Positions 1 to 10,440 are shown, numbered from the stretch's first letter. The stretch: DNA of 64,000 nt from Oscillospiraceae bacterium (GCA_015064095.1 SVSW01000001.1:709-64708); one strand, 5' to 3'. Translations and numbers: made by a program. Notes: a model not told the origin generated them from the letters alone.

Positions 1-4
1 AAAT

Positions 5-1660
5 ATGGATTTCATCAACATGACGATCGGCGATTGGATGGACAAAGTCGCCGCCGAAAACCCCGACCATCCTGCAGTCATTTTCACCCACGATTTTGAC
101 TACACGCGAACCTACAAGGAATTTAATGACGAGGCGCACACGATCGCCAAAGCCTTCCTCAAAATGGGAATTAAAAAGGGCGACCACGTTGCGATCTGGG
201 CAACGAACTACCCCCAGTGGCAGCTCACGCTCTTTGCCTGCGCGAAGATCGGTGCAGTGCTCGTAACAGTAAATACAGGATATAAGATCCACGAGGCAGA
301 ATACCTCTTAAAGCAATCCGATACGAAAATGCTCGTTATGTGCGACGGATTTAAGGATACGAGCTACGTTGAGATCATGAACCGCCTTTGCCCGAATATC
401 GAAGATCGCGCAAATATCGAATCAAAGCGTTTGCCCGTGCTGAAGAAGATCGTTACGATCGACGAGGAAACGCATGAGGGTATGTATAACTGGCGCGAGC
501 TTTACGATATGAGCCGCGATATAACCGACGAGGAATATGCCGAAGCCAGAAAGGGTCAAAGCCCTCACGATGTCATCAATATGCAGTACACATCGGGCAC
601 CACGGGATTCCCGAAGGGCGTTATGCTGACGCATTATAATATTTTGAACAACGGAAAAACCATAGGCGACCGCATGAAATTCACAAAGAACGACCGCCTT
701 TGCATCACAGTACCGCTTTACCACTGCTTTGGTCTTGTGCTTGCGACCATGGCGAGCATCACGCACGCAACGACTATGGTCCCCGTTAAATATTACAGCC
801 CGATAAAAGTGCTTGAGGCTTTGCAAAACGCAAAATGCACTGCCGTTCACGGTGTGCCGACGATGTTTATTGCGATGCTTGAGCACCCGCGCTTCAAGGA
901 ATTCAAATTTTATCTGCGCACCGGCATCATGGCAGGCTCGCCCTGCCCCATCAAGGTCATGCAACAGGTCGTTGACGATATGGGCATGAAGGAGATCACG
1001 ATCGTTTACGGTCAGACCGAGGCATCACCCGGCTGCACGCAGACAACGACGGACGACACCCTTGAGCGTCGTGTCAGCACTGTCGGCCGTTCCTTCCCCG
1101 GCGTTGAAACGAAAATTATCGATCCCGAGACGGGCGAAACGCTCGGACCCGGTCAGGTCGGTGAGTTCTGCGCACGCGGATACAATGTTATGAAGGGATA
1201 TTACAAAATGCCCGAGGCGACCGCCCAAGCGATCGACAGCGAGGGCTGGCTCCATACGGGTGACCTTGCAACCGTTGACGAGGAGGGCTATTATAAGATC
1301 ACCGGCCGTATCAAGGACATGATAATTCGCGGCGGCGAGAATATTTACCCGAAGGAGATCGAGGATTTCATATACACTCACCCGAAGGTGAGCGACGTTC
1401 AGGTCGTCGGCGTGCCGAGCAAGGCATACGGCGAGGAGATCATGGCTTTCGTTATCCCGAAGGAGGGTGAGGACTTGACAGAGAAAGAGATCAAGGATTA
1501 CGTTCTCGGATCTATGGCAAAACACAAAGTGCCGTCATTCGTTTCCTTTATCAAGGAATTCCCCATGAACGGCGCAGGAAAGATACTCAAATACAAGCTG
1601 CGCGAAATGGCGATCGAGGAAAAGGATCTGCACGACGCAGCGGCAATAGAAACTGCATGA
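5..1660 (+). CDS. AMP-dependent synthetase/ligase (acyl-CoA synthetase family)
   Basis: 551-aa ORF with adenylate-forming core motifs: YTSGTTGFPKGV, TGDLA, GRIKDMIIRGGENIYP and a C-terminal GKILK. Confidence 0.85.
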   Translation: MDFINMTIGDWMDKVAAENPDHPAVIFTHDFDYTRTYKEFNDEAHTIAKAFLKMGIKKGDHVAIWATNYPQWQLTLFACAKIGAVLVTVNTGYKIHEAEYLLKQSDTKMLVMCDGFKDTSYVEIMNRLCPNIEDRANIESKRLPVLKKIVTIDEETHEGMYNWRELYDMSRDITDEEYAEARKGQSPHDVINMQYTSGTTGFPKGVMLTHYNILNNGKTIGDRMKFTKNDRLCITVPLYHCFGLVLATMASITHATTMVPVKYYSPIKVLEALQNAKCTAVHGVPTMFIAMLEHPRFKEFKFYLRTGIMAGSPCPIKVMQQVVDDMGMKEITIVYGQTEASPGCTQTTTDDTLERRVSTVGRSFPGVETKIIDPETGETLGPGQVGEFCARGYNVMKGYYKMPEATAQAIDSEGWLHTGDLATVDEEGYYKITGRIKDMIIRGGENIYPKEIEDFIYTHPKVSDVQVVGVPSKAYGEEIMAFVIPKEGEDLTEKEIKDYVLGSMAKHKVPSFVSFIKEFPMNGAGKILKYKLREMAIEEKDLHDAAAIETA

Positions 1661-1670
1661 GGTGATTTAT

Positions 1671-2477
1671 ATGAAGCTATCATTTTCAACACTTGCCTGC
1701 CCCGATTGGAGCTTCCGCGAAATATATGCCGCGGCTGCCGATCTCGGATATGACGGTATTGAGATCCGCGGTATTGCCGAGGAGATCTATGCGCCGAAAA
1801 TATACAATTTCTCCGACGAAAAAATAGAGAGCGCAAAGGCACACCTGACAAAGCGCAATCTTGAGATTCCGATACTTTCAAGCAATGCAAATATACTAAA
1901 CACCCCCGATTTTGAGGAGTGCAAAAAAGAAATACGCGACTACTGCGAGCTTGCAAAAAAGCTCTCCGTTCCCTACGTTCGCGTGCTTATGGAAAAAACG
2001 CCCGATCCCGTGATCGTGCCCGATTTTGAATATGCGGTCAAAAAATACCGCGAGCTTTGCGCCGTCGCCTCCGAATACGGTGTCACGCTTTTGACCGAAA
2101 CCAACGGCTTTCTCGCAAACAGTGAGATCTGCGCAAAGTTTATGAGCTCGGTGGGAGCTGAAAATGCAGGGCTTATTTGGGATATTCACCACCCGTACAG
2201 ATTTTTCGGAGAGCCCTTGGCAAAGACCGCGAAAAACATAGGAAAGTATGTCAAGCACGTTCACCTCAAGGATTCCGTCCGCGGCTCAAACGGCAAGGTC
2301 ACCTATATGCTCACAGGCTACGGCGATTTCCCGTTTGAGGAGCTTATCTCGGAGCTTCGCGCCATCGGTTACGACGGCTATTTGTCTTATGAGTGGGTCA
2401 AGCGCTGGTCGCGTGAGCTTGCCGAGCCGGGCGTCGCTCTTTATCAGTATATAAGCTATTTAAAATCGATCATATAA
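1671..2477 (+). CDS. sugar phosphate isomerase/epimerase (xylose-isomerase-like TIM barrel)
   Basis: N-terminus MKLSFSTLACPDW...GYDGIEIRG is typical of this family. I prefer the ATG at 1671 because it follows GAGGTGA. The ORF-track start at 1662 is a GTG inside the RBS. Confidence 0.65.
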   Translation: MKLSFSTLACPDWSFREIYAAAADLGYDGIEIRGIAEEIYAPKIYNFSDEKIESAKAHLTKRNLEIPILSSNANILNTPDFEECKKEIRDYCELAKKLSVPYVRVLMEKTPDPVIVPDFEYAVKKYRELCAVASEYGVTLLTETNGFLANSEICAKFMSSVGAENAGLIWDIHHPYRFFGEPLAKTAKNIGKYVKHVHLKDSVRGSNGKVTYMLTGYGDFPFEELISELRAIGYDGYLSYEWVKRWSRELAEPGVALYQYISYLKSII

Positions 2478-2507
2478 TAAAAGCACCTGCTGTAGCAGGT
2501 GCTCAGG

Positions 2508-2846
2508 TCAGCCCATGTTTTCGGGGAGCTTTTTTCCGCCGAGAATGTGAAAATGCAGGTGCTTTACCGTCTGGCAGCCGTCCTCACCGCAGTTGTTTAT
2601 AATGCGGTAGCCGTTTGTCAGCCCCTCTTGTGCTGCGATCTTCGGTATCGCCTCGAAGATCCGTGCTATGCACGCGCTGTTCGCCGCATCGATCTTATCT
2701 GCGCAGCAAATATGCGTTTTCGGGACTACCAGCACGTGAACCGGCGCTTGCGGATTTATGTCGCGAAACGCATACACGTTTTCGTCCTCATAAACCTTTG
2801 ACGAGGGGATCTCGCCTGCAATTATTTTACAAAAAAGACAATCCAT
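2508..2846 (-). CDS. HIT-family (histidine triad) nucleotide hydrolase
   Basis: 112 aa with the histidine-triad motif HLHFHILGG near the C-terminus and an N-terminal CLFCKI. Confidence 0.9.
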   Translation of the reverse strand: MDCLFCKIIAGEIPSSKVYEDENVYAFRDINPQAPVHVLVVPKTHICCADKIDAANSACIARIFEAIPKIAAQEGLTNGYRIINNCGEDGCQTVKHLHFHILGGKKLPENMG

Positions 2847-2913
2847 TTTATTTTCCTCCGTTTTTTATTATTTTATCACGCGTGGAAAATAAAGTCAATG
2901 CAAGGAAAACAAA

Positions 2914-3723
2914 ATGTATAAAATTTTTGATATTCACACCCACACATATCCGCCGGCTATCGCCGAGCGCGCCGTGACGAGCCTTAACGCCTTCTACGAT
3001 TTCGTTTCAGAGGGCAAGGGCATTTATGACGAGCTTGAAGCCGAGTGGAAAAAGCACGGCGGCATCGGCATGCTTCTCTTTTCCGTTGCGACGAATCCGC
3101 ATCAAGTCGTCAAAGTCAACGACGGGATCGCCGCACTCGTGCGAAGGTCGCAGGAAAACGGATTTCTGACGCGCGGATTTGCCGGTATGCATCAAGATTT
3201 CCCGGACTTTGAGGCGGAGATCGACCGCGCGGAAGCCTTGGGACTTCAGGGAGTAAAAATACACCCCGATATCCAAGGAGTTGATATTGACGACCCAAGA
3301 ATGCTTAAATTATACGAAATACTCGAGGGGAGAATGCCGGTCTATTTCCATATGGGTGACGACCGCGCGCAGTACCGCTTTTCCGAGACAGACAAGCTCG
3401 TTCGGGTGAAAAAGATCTTCCCGAAGCTTGAGGTCGTTGCGGCACATCTCGGCGGCTACCGTGCATGGCATGAGGCAAAAAAGCTCGCCGATCTTGACGG
3501 CATTTGGTATGACACCTCAAGCGCTCTTTGGGCAATGACACCTGAGTATGCCGGAAAGATCATAAAAATGCTCGGCGCGGACCGCGTGATGTTCGGTACG
3601 GATTACCCCGTTATGCTCCCCGAGCACGAGATCGATCGCCTGCTCGCAATCGACCTCACGGAAACAGAAAGAGAAAAAATATTCTATAAAAACGCTTTAA
3701 GATTTTTACATATCGAAGAATAA
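2914..3723 (+). CDS. amidohydrolase-family metal-dependent hydrolase (TIM barrel)
   Basis: N-terminal DIHTHTYP (HxH metal site), AAHLGG and FGTDYP motifs. Lies 15 nt upstream of leuS, so it is probably co-transcribed. Confidence 0.6.
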   Translation: MYKIFDIHTHTYPPAIAERAVTSLNAFYDFVSEGKGIYDELEAEWKKHGGIGMLLFSVATNPHQVVKVNDGIAALVRRSQENGFLTRGFAGMHQDFPDFEAEIDRAEALGLQGVKIHPDIQGVDIDDPRMLKLYEILEGRMPVYFHMGDDRAQYRFSETDKLVRVKKIFPKLEVVAAHLGGYRAWHEAKKLADLDGIWYDTSSALWAMTPEYAGKIIKMLGADRVMFGTDYPVMLPEHEIDRLLAIDLTETEREKIFYKNALRFLHIEE

Positions 3724-3738
3724 AGACAGGAGATAATT

Positions 3739-6141
3739 ATGAAACACGATTTTCGCAGCATCGAGCCGAAATGGCAGGACAGATGGGAAAAGGAAAAAGC
3801 CTTTGCCGCCGCCGATCATTCGGACAAGGAAAAATTCTATGCCCTCGTTGAGTTCCCGTACCCCTCGGGTGCCGGAATGCACGTCGGACATATCAAGGCT
3901 TATTCGGGTCTTGAGGTCGTTTCGCGCAAGCGCCGTATGCAGGGCTACAACGTGCTCTTCCCGATCGGCTTTGACGCTTTCGGTCTTCCCACCGAAAACT
4001 ACGCTATAAAGACCGGTATGCACCCCCGCACCGTCACGGACAAAAACATCGAAAAATTCAGCTCGCAGCTCCGTCGCGTCGGCTTCTCTTTTGACTGGGA
4101 TCGCGTGATCGACACTACTGAGGAGGACTATTACAAATGGACTCAGTGGATATTCCTCAAGCTTTTCGAGAAAGGACTTGCGTTCCGCGATAAAACTCTC
4201 GTAAATTACTGCCCCAACTGCAAGGTCGTTCTTTCAAACGAGGACTCTCAGGGCGGAAAATGCGATATTTGCCACTCCGACGTAGTCCAGAAATCAAAGG
4301 ACGTTTGGTATCTGCGCATCACCGAATACGCCGACAAGCTCCTCGAGGGGCTTGAAGAAGTCGATTATCTGCCGACCGTTAAGCAGCAGCAGATCAACTG
4401 GATCGGCAAGTCTACGGGTGCTTTCGTCAACTTCTCGCTCATCGGTGCTGATGAAACGCTCCGTATTTACACCACAAGGCCCGACACGCTTTTCGGCGTA
4501 ACGTTCATGGTCATGGCTCCCGAGCACCCGATACTCGACAAATATGCGGACAGGATCTCGAACATGGCAGACGTGCTTGCATATCGCACGGAGTGCGCAA
4601 AAAAGACAGAATTCGAGCGCACGCAGCTCGTCAAGGATAAGACCGGTGTGCGCATCGAGGGCATAACGGCGAAAAACCCCTTGACCGGCAAGGAAATCCC
4701 GATCTTTATTTCCGACTACGTTATGATGGGATACGGAACAGGTGCTATCATGGCAGTTCCGGCACACGATCAGCGCGACTTCGAGTTTGCAAAGAAATTC
4801 GGAATTGATATCATTGAGGTCATAAAGGGCGGCGATATTTCCGTCGAGGCCTATACCGGCGACGGCGAAATGGTCAACTCCGGCTTCCTCAACGGTTATA
4901 ATAACAAAAAAGACAGCATTGAACGCGCGGTCGAGGAGCTGACACGCCTCGGTTGCGGTGAGCGCGGCGTTCAGTACAAAATGAAGGACTGGGCATTCAA
5001 CCGTCAGCGTTATTGGGGCGAGCCGATCCCGATCGTTCACTGCCCGCACTGCGGAATGGTTCCCGTTCCCTATGACGAGCTTCCGCTTCGCCTACCTAAG
5101 GTTGAAAACTTCGAGCCCGGCTCGGACGGTGAGAGCCCGCTTGCAAAGATAGATTCGTTCGTCAACTGCAAGTGCCCCGTTTGCGGCAAGGACGCAAAGA
5201 GAGAAACGGACACGATGCCCCAGTGGGCAGGCAGCTCTTGGTATTTCTTGCGCTATATCGACCCGCATAACGATACCTGCCTCGCCGATCCCGAAAAGCT
5301 CAAATACTGGATGGCTGTTGACTGGTACAACGGCGGCATGGAGCACGTCACGCGCCACATGATATACTCGCGCTTCTGGTATCGCTTCCTTTACGATCTC
5401 GGCGTCGTTCCTGTTGCAGAACCGTATAAAAAACGCACAGCCCAAGGTCTTATACTCGGTCCTGACGGTGAAAAGATGTCAAAATCAAAAGGAAACGTCG
5501 TCGACCCGAATGCAGTTGTCGACGAATACGGTGCCGATGTTCTGCGCGTTTACACCCTCTTTATGGGTGATTACGAAAAGGCTGCTCCGTGGTCCGAAAA
5601 CTCCGTTCGCGGCTGCAAGCGATTCCTTGACCGCATAGCGGGTCTTACCGATCTTGCTTGTGGCAAGGGAGAGAGCCCTGCGATCACGAAGAATATCCAC
5701 AAGACATTGAAGAAGGTCTCCGACGATATCGAAAACATGAAGTTCAACACCGCGATCGCTGCGATGATGACACTTGTAAATGACATTTATGACGCAAAAG
5801 CTCTTACGAATGACGAGCTCGGAATCATCGTTCGTATGCTCTGCCCGTTCGCACCGCATATCTGCGAGGAGATCTGGGAGATGCTCGGAAATAAAACGCT
5901 CTGCTCGCTCTCCCCGTGGCCCGAATACGACGAGAAAAAGACCGTTGACGATACTGTCGAGGTCGCCGTTCAGGTTTGCGGCAAGCTCCGCGCAACGATC
6001 GAGCTTCCCGCCGACTGCGACAAGGATTTCGCTATCGCCGCCGCAAAGGCCGACGAGCGCGTTGCTCCCTTCATCGACGGCAAGACCTTAGTCAAGGAGA
6101 TCTATGTTCCCGGACGTATTGTCAACATCGTCGTAAGATAA
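3739..6141 (+). CDS. leuS: leucine--tRNA ligase
   Basis: 800 aa. HIGH region PYPSGAGMHVGH, KMSKS motif, and editing-domain length typical of bacterial LeuRS. AGGAGA RBS upstream. Confidence 0.97.
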   Translation: MKHDFRSIEPKWQDRWEKEKAFAAADHSDKEKFYALVEFPYPSGAGMHVGHIKAYSGLEVVSRKRRMQGYNVLFPIGFDAFGLPTENYAIKTGMHPRTVTDKNIEKFSSQLRRVGFSFDWDRVIDTTEEDYYKWTQWIFLKLFEKGLAFRDKTLVNYCPNCKVVLSNEDSQGGKCDICHSDVVQKSKDVWYLRITEYADKLLEGLEEVDYLPTVKQQQINWIGKSTGAFVNFSLIGADETLRIYTTRPDTLFGVTFMVMAPEHPILDKYADRISNMADVLAYRTECAKKTEFERTQLVKDKTGVRIEGITAKNPLTGKEIPIFISDYVMMGYGTGAIMAVPAHDQRDFEFAKKFGIDIIEVIKGGDISVEAYTGDGEMVNSGFLNGYNNKKDSIERAVEELTRLGCGERGVQYKMKDWAFNRQRYWGEPIPIVHCPHCGMVPVPYDELPLRLPKVENFEPGSDGESPLAKIDSFVNCKCPVCGKDAKRETDTMPQWAGSSWYFLRYIDPHNDTCLADPEKLKYWMAVDWYNGGMEHVTRHMIYSRFWYRFLYDLGVVPVAEPYKKRTAQGLILGPDGEKMSKSKGNVVDPNAVVDEYGADVLRVYTLFMGDYEKAAPWSENSVRGCKRFLDRIAGLTDLACGKGESPAITKNIHKTLKKVSDDIENMKFNTAIAAMMTLVNDIYDAKALTNDELGIIVRMLCPFAPHICEEIWEMLGNKTLCSLSPWPEYDEKKTVDDTVEVAVQVCGKLRATIELPADCDKDFAIAAAKADERVAPFIDGKTLVKEIYVPGRIVNIVVR

Positions 6142-6154
6142 TTTAAAAAAACAC

Positions 6155-6183
6155 TTGACAAGGGAATTTTTTTGTAGTATAAT
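6155..6183 (+). promoter_or_regulatory. sigmaA-type promoter upstream of rpsU
   Basis: TTGACA (6155-6160), 17-nt spacer, TATAAT (6178-6183). Confidence 0.6.
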
Positions 6184-6237
6184 ATCGAGTGTCCGTTTAG
6201 GACATTCGCCAAGAGCGAAGGGAGGGAATAAAGAACC

Positions 6238-6414
6238 ATGGCTGAGATAAAGGTCAGAGAGGGCGAGTCGCTCGACAGTGCTCTGCGCCGCTTTAAGCGT
6301 CAGACCGCCAGAGACGGCACCCTTACCGAGCTTCGCAAGAGAGAGCATTACGAAAAGCCCAGTGTGAAGCGCAAAAAGAAATCCGAAGCTGCCAGAAAGC
6401 GCAAATTCAAATAA
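6238..6414 (+). CDS. rpsU: 30S ribosomal protein S21
   Basis: 58-aa ORF, below the ORF-track cutoff. My translation is [67 protein letters not shown] upstream and a terminator follows. Confidence 0.9.
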   Translation: MAEIKVREGESLDSALRRFKRQTARDGTLTELRKREHYEKPSVKRKKKSEAARKRKFK

Positions 6415-6428
6415 GATTTCTTAAGATA

Positions 6429-6458
6429 AAAAAGCACCGGAGATCCGGTGCTTTTTTA
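6429..6458 (+). terminator. intrinsic terminator after rpsU
   Basis: AGCACCGG-agat-CCGGTGCT followed by a T-run. Confidence 0.8.
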
Positions 6459-6530
6459 TTTCAAAATCCCTTGACCTTAAACAAAAAAAGTTATATAATC
6501 AAAGCAATAAACAAGTAAAGGAGATCTTCT

Positions 6531-7343
6531 ATGATATTAAAAAGAATTTCACTTAATGAAAACCGAAATGATGTTTATCTCGATGCATATATTGCCAACA
6601 AAACGACCGCTTTTACGAGAAAAGCTATTCTCGTTATCCCCGGCGGCGCATATGCCGGTGTCTGTGTTGACCGCGAGGGTGAGCCTGTGGCGCAAGCCTT
6701 TATCCCGTATGGCTATAATGCTTTCGTGCTTACATATTCGGTAAACCGAACCGCGCGCTTCCCCGAGCAGCTTATCGAGGCGTCGCTTGCGATCAAGCAT
6801 ATACGCGACAACGCCGAGGAATACGGCATTGACCCCGAAAAAGTCTTTGTGACCGGATTTTCCGCAGGAGGCCACCTCTGCGCAGCGATCGGTACTATGT
6901 GGCACAAAAAAGAAGTATATGATGCTATTGACATGGAGTTCGGTTACAACCGACCGACCGGCATCATGCCGATCTACCCCGTTATCAGCGGAGTGGATAA
7001 AGGCCGCCATTTCGGCAGCTTTAAAAACCTGCTCTGCTCCGATGAGCCGACCGAGGACGAGCTTCTCTCCGTCAGCATCGAAAAGAATGTTGACGAGCAC
7101 GCAGTACCTGCATTTATTATGCACACCTCAAACGATAAAGGCGTCAGTGTTCGCAATTCTCTGCTCCTCGCCGAGGCATACAATTCCCTCGAAAAGCAGT
7201 TTGAGCTTCACATCTACCCCGATGCCCCTCACGGAGTTGCAGTTTCAAATCCCATAACCTCCGCCGGGAAAAAAGCTTTTGAAAACCCCGAGATCGCAAA
7301 ATGGGTGGCACAGGCAGCCGCATGGGCTGAAAGCATTGTTTAA
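6531..7343 (+). CDS. alpha/beta hydrolase (esterase/lipase-like)
   Basis: 270 aa. Nucleophile elbow GFSAGGH, and HG near the C-terminus (PDAPHG). RBS AAAGGAGA upstream. Confidence 0.7.
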   Translation: MILKRISLNENRNDVYLDAYIANKTTAFTRKAILVIPGGAYAGVCVDREGEPVAQAFIPYGYNAFVLTYSVNRTARFPEQLIEASLAIKHIRDNAEEYGIDPEKVFVTGFSAGGHLCAAIGTMWHKKEVYDAIDMEFGYNRPTGIMPIYPVISGVDKGRHFGSFKNLLCSDEPTEDELLSVSIEKNVDEHAVPAFIMHTSNDKGVSVRNSLLLAEAYNSLEKQFELHIYPDAPHGVAVSNPITSAGKKAFENPEIAKWVAQAAAWAESIV

Positions 7344-7381
7344 AATATAAAGAAGCGCCTAACCTGCTAAAAGACAGTAAA

Positions 7382-7418
7382 ACAGCCGATATGGATTCAT
7401 TTCCATATCGGCTGTTTT
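7382..7418 (+). terminator. intrinsic terminator after the esterase gene
   Basis: 14-bp stem ACAGCCGATATGGA / TCCATATCGGCTGT followed by TTTT. Confidence 0.8.
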
Positions 7419-7464
7419 ATATCAAGCCAGCACTTTCGGTAGTGAGTAAGTACGCGAATTCCAT

Positions 7465-7601
7465 AAGCCTCCCTCCGAGAGGGAGGTGGCACGCAAAGCG
7501 TGACGGAAGGAGCCCACGTAGCTTTGTGCTTAGAATAACTTCATTATAACGCGCTCTCCCTCACACGACTCCGTCGGGAGCTCCCTCCCGGAGGGAGCCT
7601 T
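7465..7601. repeat. GC-rich imperfect inverted-repeat element (MITE-like), non-coding
   Basis: Arm 1 (7465-7513) and the reverse complement of arm 2 (7551-7601) align: AAGCCTCCCTCCGAGAGGGAGGT vs AAGGCTCCCTCCGGGAGGGAGCT, with weaker similarity further on. Each arm has its own CCTCCCT/AGGGAGG hairpin. Confidence 0.55.
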
Positions 7602-7741
7602 TGACGGTAACGCTTATTTAGTTGTTACCTCATTAGAAAAAATTGTGCTTAAAAACATAACGCCTATACGGTTTGGCTCTTTTTTGTGCATATTATACAA
7701 TATGAGCATTATGTTTTTGTTATTTATATGCACAATTTGTA

Positions 7742-7770
7742 TTGACATTAACGACAAAATATGTTAAAAT
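7742..7770 (+). promoter_or_regulatory. sigmaA-type promoter upstream of adhE
   Basis: TTGACA (7742-7747), 17-nt spacer, TAAAAT (7765-7770). Confidence 0.6.
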
Positions 7771-7821
7771 ACACTCGTTAAAATATTAACACAGTTCGTA
7801 AAAGTTACTTTGGAGGTTATA

Positions 7822-10440
7822 ATGAACGAGAAAATCTATGACATTGTTGACAACACCGAGAAGCTGGAAGAAGCTATATCTCGCGTGCGTGCAGCGCAAA
7901 AAATCTTTGCAACTTATACTCAGGAAGAGGTTGACAAGATATTCCTTGCCGCCGCAACCGCTGCAAACCGTGCCCGTATACCGCTGGCGCGTCTTGCCGT
8001 TGAGGAGACCGGAATGGGTGTTGTTGAGGACAAGGTGATCAAAAACCATTATGCCTCTGAATACATTTACAATGCCTACAAGAACACAAAGACCTGCGGC
8101 GTGCTTGAAGAAGACACGGAATTCGGTATAAAGAAGATAGCAGAGCCGATCGGTCTTATAGCCGCAGTTATTCCGACGACCAACCCAACATCAACGGCTA
8201 TTTTCAAAACTCTTATCGCGCTCAAAACGCGCAACGGAATTATCATAAGCCCTCACCCCCGCGCAAAGAACTCGACCATCGCCGCGGCAAAGCTCGTGCT
8301 TGAAGCAGCGGTTGCGGCAGGTGCGCCCGAGGGCATTATCGATTGGATAGACGTTCCCTCTCTTGATATGACCAACCTCATAATGAAGGAGGCCGACATA
8401 ATTCTTGCGACCGGCGGTCCCGGAATGGTTCGTGCGGCTTACTCCTCAGGAAAGCCTGCACTCGGCGTCGGCGCCGGCAATACACCCGCGATCATCGATG
8501 AAACGGCTGATATAACTCTCGCCGTCAACTCGATAATCCACTCAAAGACATTCGACAACGGTATGATCTGCGCGTCCGAGCAATCCGTTATCGTGCTCTC
8601 CCCCGTTTACGATGCCGTGCGCGCCGAATTTGCGGCACGCGGCTGCTATTTCCTCAACGCAGAGGAGACCGAGAAGGTCAGAAAGACCATAATCATCAAC
8701 GGCGCACTTAACGCAAAGATCGTTGGACAAAAGGCTCACAAGATCGCAGCGCTTTCAGGCGTCGAGGTGCCCGAGAACACGAAGATCCTTATCGGAGAGG
8801 TCGAAAGCGTTGAGCTTTCCGAGGAATTTGCACACGAAAAGCTCTCCCCTGTTCTCGCAATGTACCGTGCCGACAGCTTCGCAGAAGCACTTGACAAGGC
8901 GGATCGCTTGATTGCCGACGGCGGCTTTGGTCACACATCTTCGATCTATTTGAACGAAATGACCGAAAAGGCAAAGCTTGCTGAGTTTGAAGCACGTATG
9001 AAAACCTGCCGCATACTCGTTAACACTCCCTCATCTCAGGGCGGTATCGGCGATATTTACAACTTCGCGCTTGCTCCCTCGCTGACACTCGGCTGCGGCT
9101 CTTGGGGCGGCAACAGCGTATCCGAAAACGTTGGAGTTAAACACCTTATCAATATAAAAACAGTTGCCGAAAGGAGAGAAAATATGCTTTGGTTCCGTGC
9201 ACCCGAAAAGATCTACATAAAACGCGGCTGCCTGCCTCTTGCGCTTGATGAGCTTAAGGCAGTTATGGGCAAGAAAAAAGCCTTCATCGTTACCGACAAT
9301 TTCCTCTACAAAAACGGCTACACAAAGCCGATCACGGATAAGCTTGACAAACTCGGCATCACTCATACCTCGTTCTTTGACGTTGAGCCCGACCCGACAC
9401 TCGCCTGCGCAAGGGCAGGTGCTGCACAGATGCGTGCATTCGAGCCTGACGTTATCATCGCGCTCGGCGGCGGCTCGGCTATGGACGCAGCAAAGATCAT
9501 GTGGGTCCTCTATGAGCACCCGGAAACCGATTTTATGGATATGGCTATGCGCTTTATGGATATTCGCAAGAGAGTTTACGGCTTCCCGAAGATGGGCGAA
9601 AAGGCTTACTTCGTTGCGATCCCGACCTCTGCAGGTACAGGCTCTGAGGTAACTCCTTTCGCAGTTATAACCGACGAGCAGACCGGTGTTAAATATCCGC
9701 TTGCGGACTACGAGCTGCTCCCGAACATGGCTATCGTTGACACCGATTTCCATATGTCGGCTCCTCGCGGCTTGACTGCGGCTTCGGGTATTGACGCTGT
9801 AACTCACGCAATCGAAGCATACGCCTCTATGCTCGCAACAGATTATACGGACGGTCTTGCACTCCGCTCGCTTAAAATGGTATTCGAGTACCTCCCCCGC
9901 GCATACGACAACGGCCAGACCGATGTTGTAGCACGCGAAAAGATGGCTAACGCCGCAACAATGGCAGGTATGGCTTTTGCTAACGCATTCCTCGGTATCT
10001 GCCACTCAATGGCTCACAAGCTCGGCGCATTCTACCACCTGCCTCACGGTGTGGCTAATGCCCTGCTCATTGACGAGGTCATGCGCTTCAACGCCTCCGA
10101 AACACCCGTCAAGATGGGTACCTTCTCACAGTATGACCACCCCCACACGCTTGCACGCTATGCTGAGATCGCAGACTACCTCGGTATCGGCGGGGCGAAC
10201 GATGCAGAGAAGCTTCAAAATCTTATCGCCGCTATTGATGAGCTTAAAGCAAAGGTCGGCATAAAGTCAACCATAAAAGAATATGTCCCGAATGAAGAAG
10301 AATTCCTCGCTCGCCTCGATGATATGGTCGAGCAGGCATTTGACGACCAGTGCACCGGTGCAAATCCGCGCTATCCCCTCATGAGCGAACTCAAGCAGCT
10401 CTATCTTAACGCCTATTACGGCAACGGAGGTACAATATGA
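7822..10440 (+). CDS. adhE: bifunctional acetaldehyde-CoA/alcohol dehydrogenase
   Basis: About 870 aa with an N-terminal aldehyde dehydrogenase domain and a C-terminal iron-type alcohol dehydrogenase domain (GGGSAMDAAK, HSMAHKLG). I chose the ATG at 7822 because it follows GGAGG. The ORF-track TTG at 7810 lies inside the RBS. Confidence 0.95.
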   Translation: MNEKIYDIVDNTEKLEEAISRVRAAQKIFATYTQEEVDKIFLAAATAANRARIPLARLAVEETGMGVVEDKVIKNHYASEYIYNAYKNTKTCGVLEEDTEFGIKKIAEPIGLIAAVIPTTNPTSTAIFKTLIALKTRNGIIISPHPRAKNSTIAAAKLVLEAAVAAGAPEGIIDWIDVPSLDMTNLIMKEADIILATGGPGMVRAAYSSGKPALGVGAGNTPAIIDETADITLAVNSIIHSKTFDNGMICASEQSVIVLSPVYDAVRAEFAARGCYFLNAEETEKVRKTIIINGALNAKIVGQKAHKIAALSGVEVPENTKILIGEVESVELSEEFAHEKLSPVLAMYRADSFAEALDKADRLIADGGFGHTSSIYLNEMTEKAKLAEFEARMKTCRILVNTPSSQGGIGDIYNFALAPSLTLGCGSWGGNSVSENVGVKHLINIKTVAERRENMLWFRAPEKIYIKRGCLPLALDELKAVMGKKKAFIVTDNFLYKNGYTKPITDKLDKLGITHTSFFDVEPDPTLACARAGAAQMRAFEPDVIIALGGGSAMDAAKIMWVLYEHPETDFMDMAMRFMDIRKRVYGFPKMGEKAYFVAIPTSAGTGSEVTPFAVITDEQTGVKYPLADYELLPNMAIVDTDFHMSAPRGLTAASGIDAVTHAIEAYASMLATDYTDGLALRSLKMVFEYLPRAYDNGQTDVVAREKMANAATMAGMAFANAFLGICHSMAHKLGAFYHLPHGVANALLIDEVMRFNASETPVKMGTFSQYDHPHTLARYAEIADYLGIGGANDAEKLQNLIAAIDELKAKVGIKSTIKEYVPNEEEFLARLDDMVEQAFDDQCTGANPRYPLMSELKQLYLNAYYGNGGTI

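Noticed and set aside
7643-7660. Rex-like palindrome TTGTGCTTAAAAACATAA upstream of adhE
   Set aside because: Only about 6 of 8 positions are symmetric, and it lies about 80 nt upstream of the -35 rather than overlapping the promoter. That is not enough to call a Rex operator.
9031-10005. 324-aa minus-strand ORF
   Set aside because: Antisense shadow ORF inside adhE, with no RBS and no recognisable motifs.
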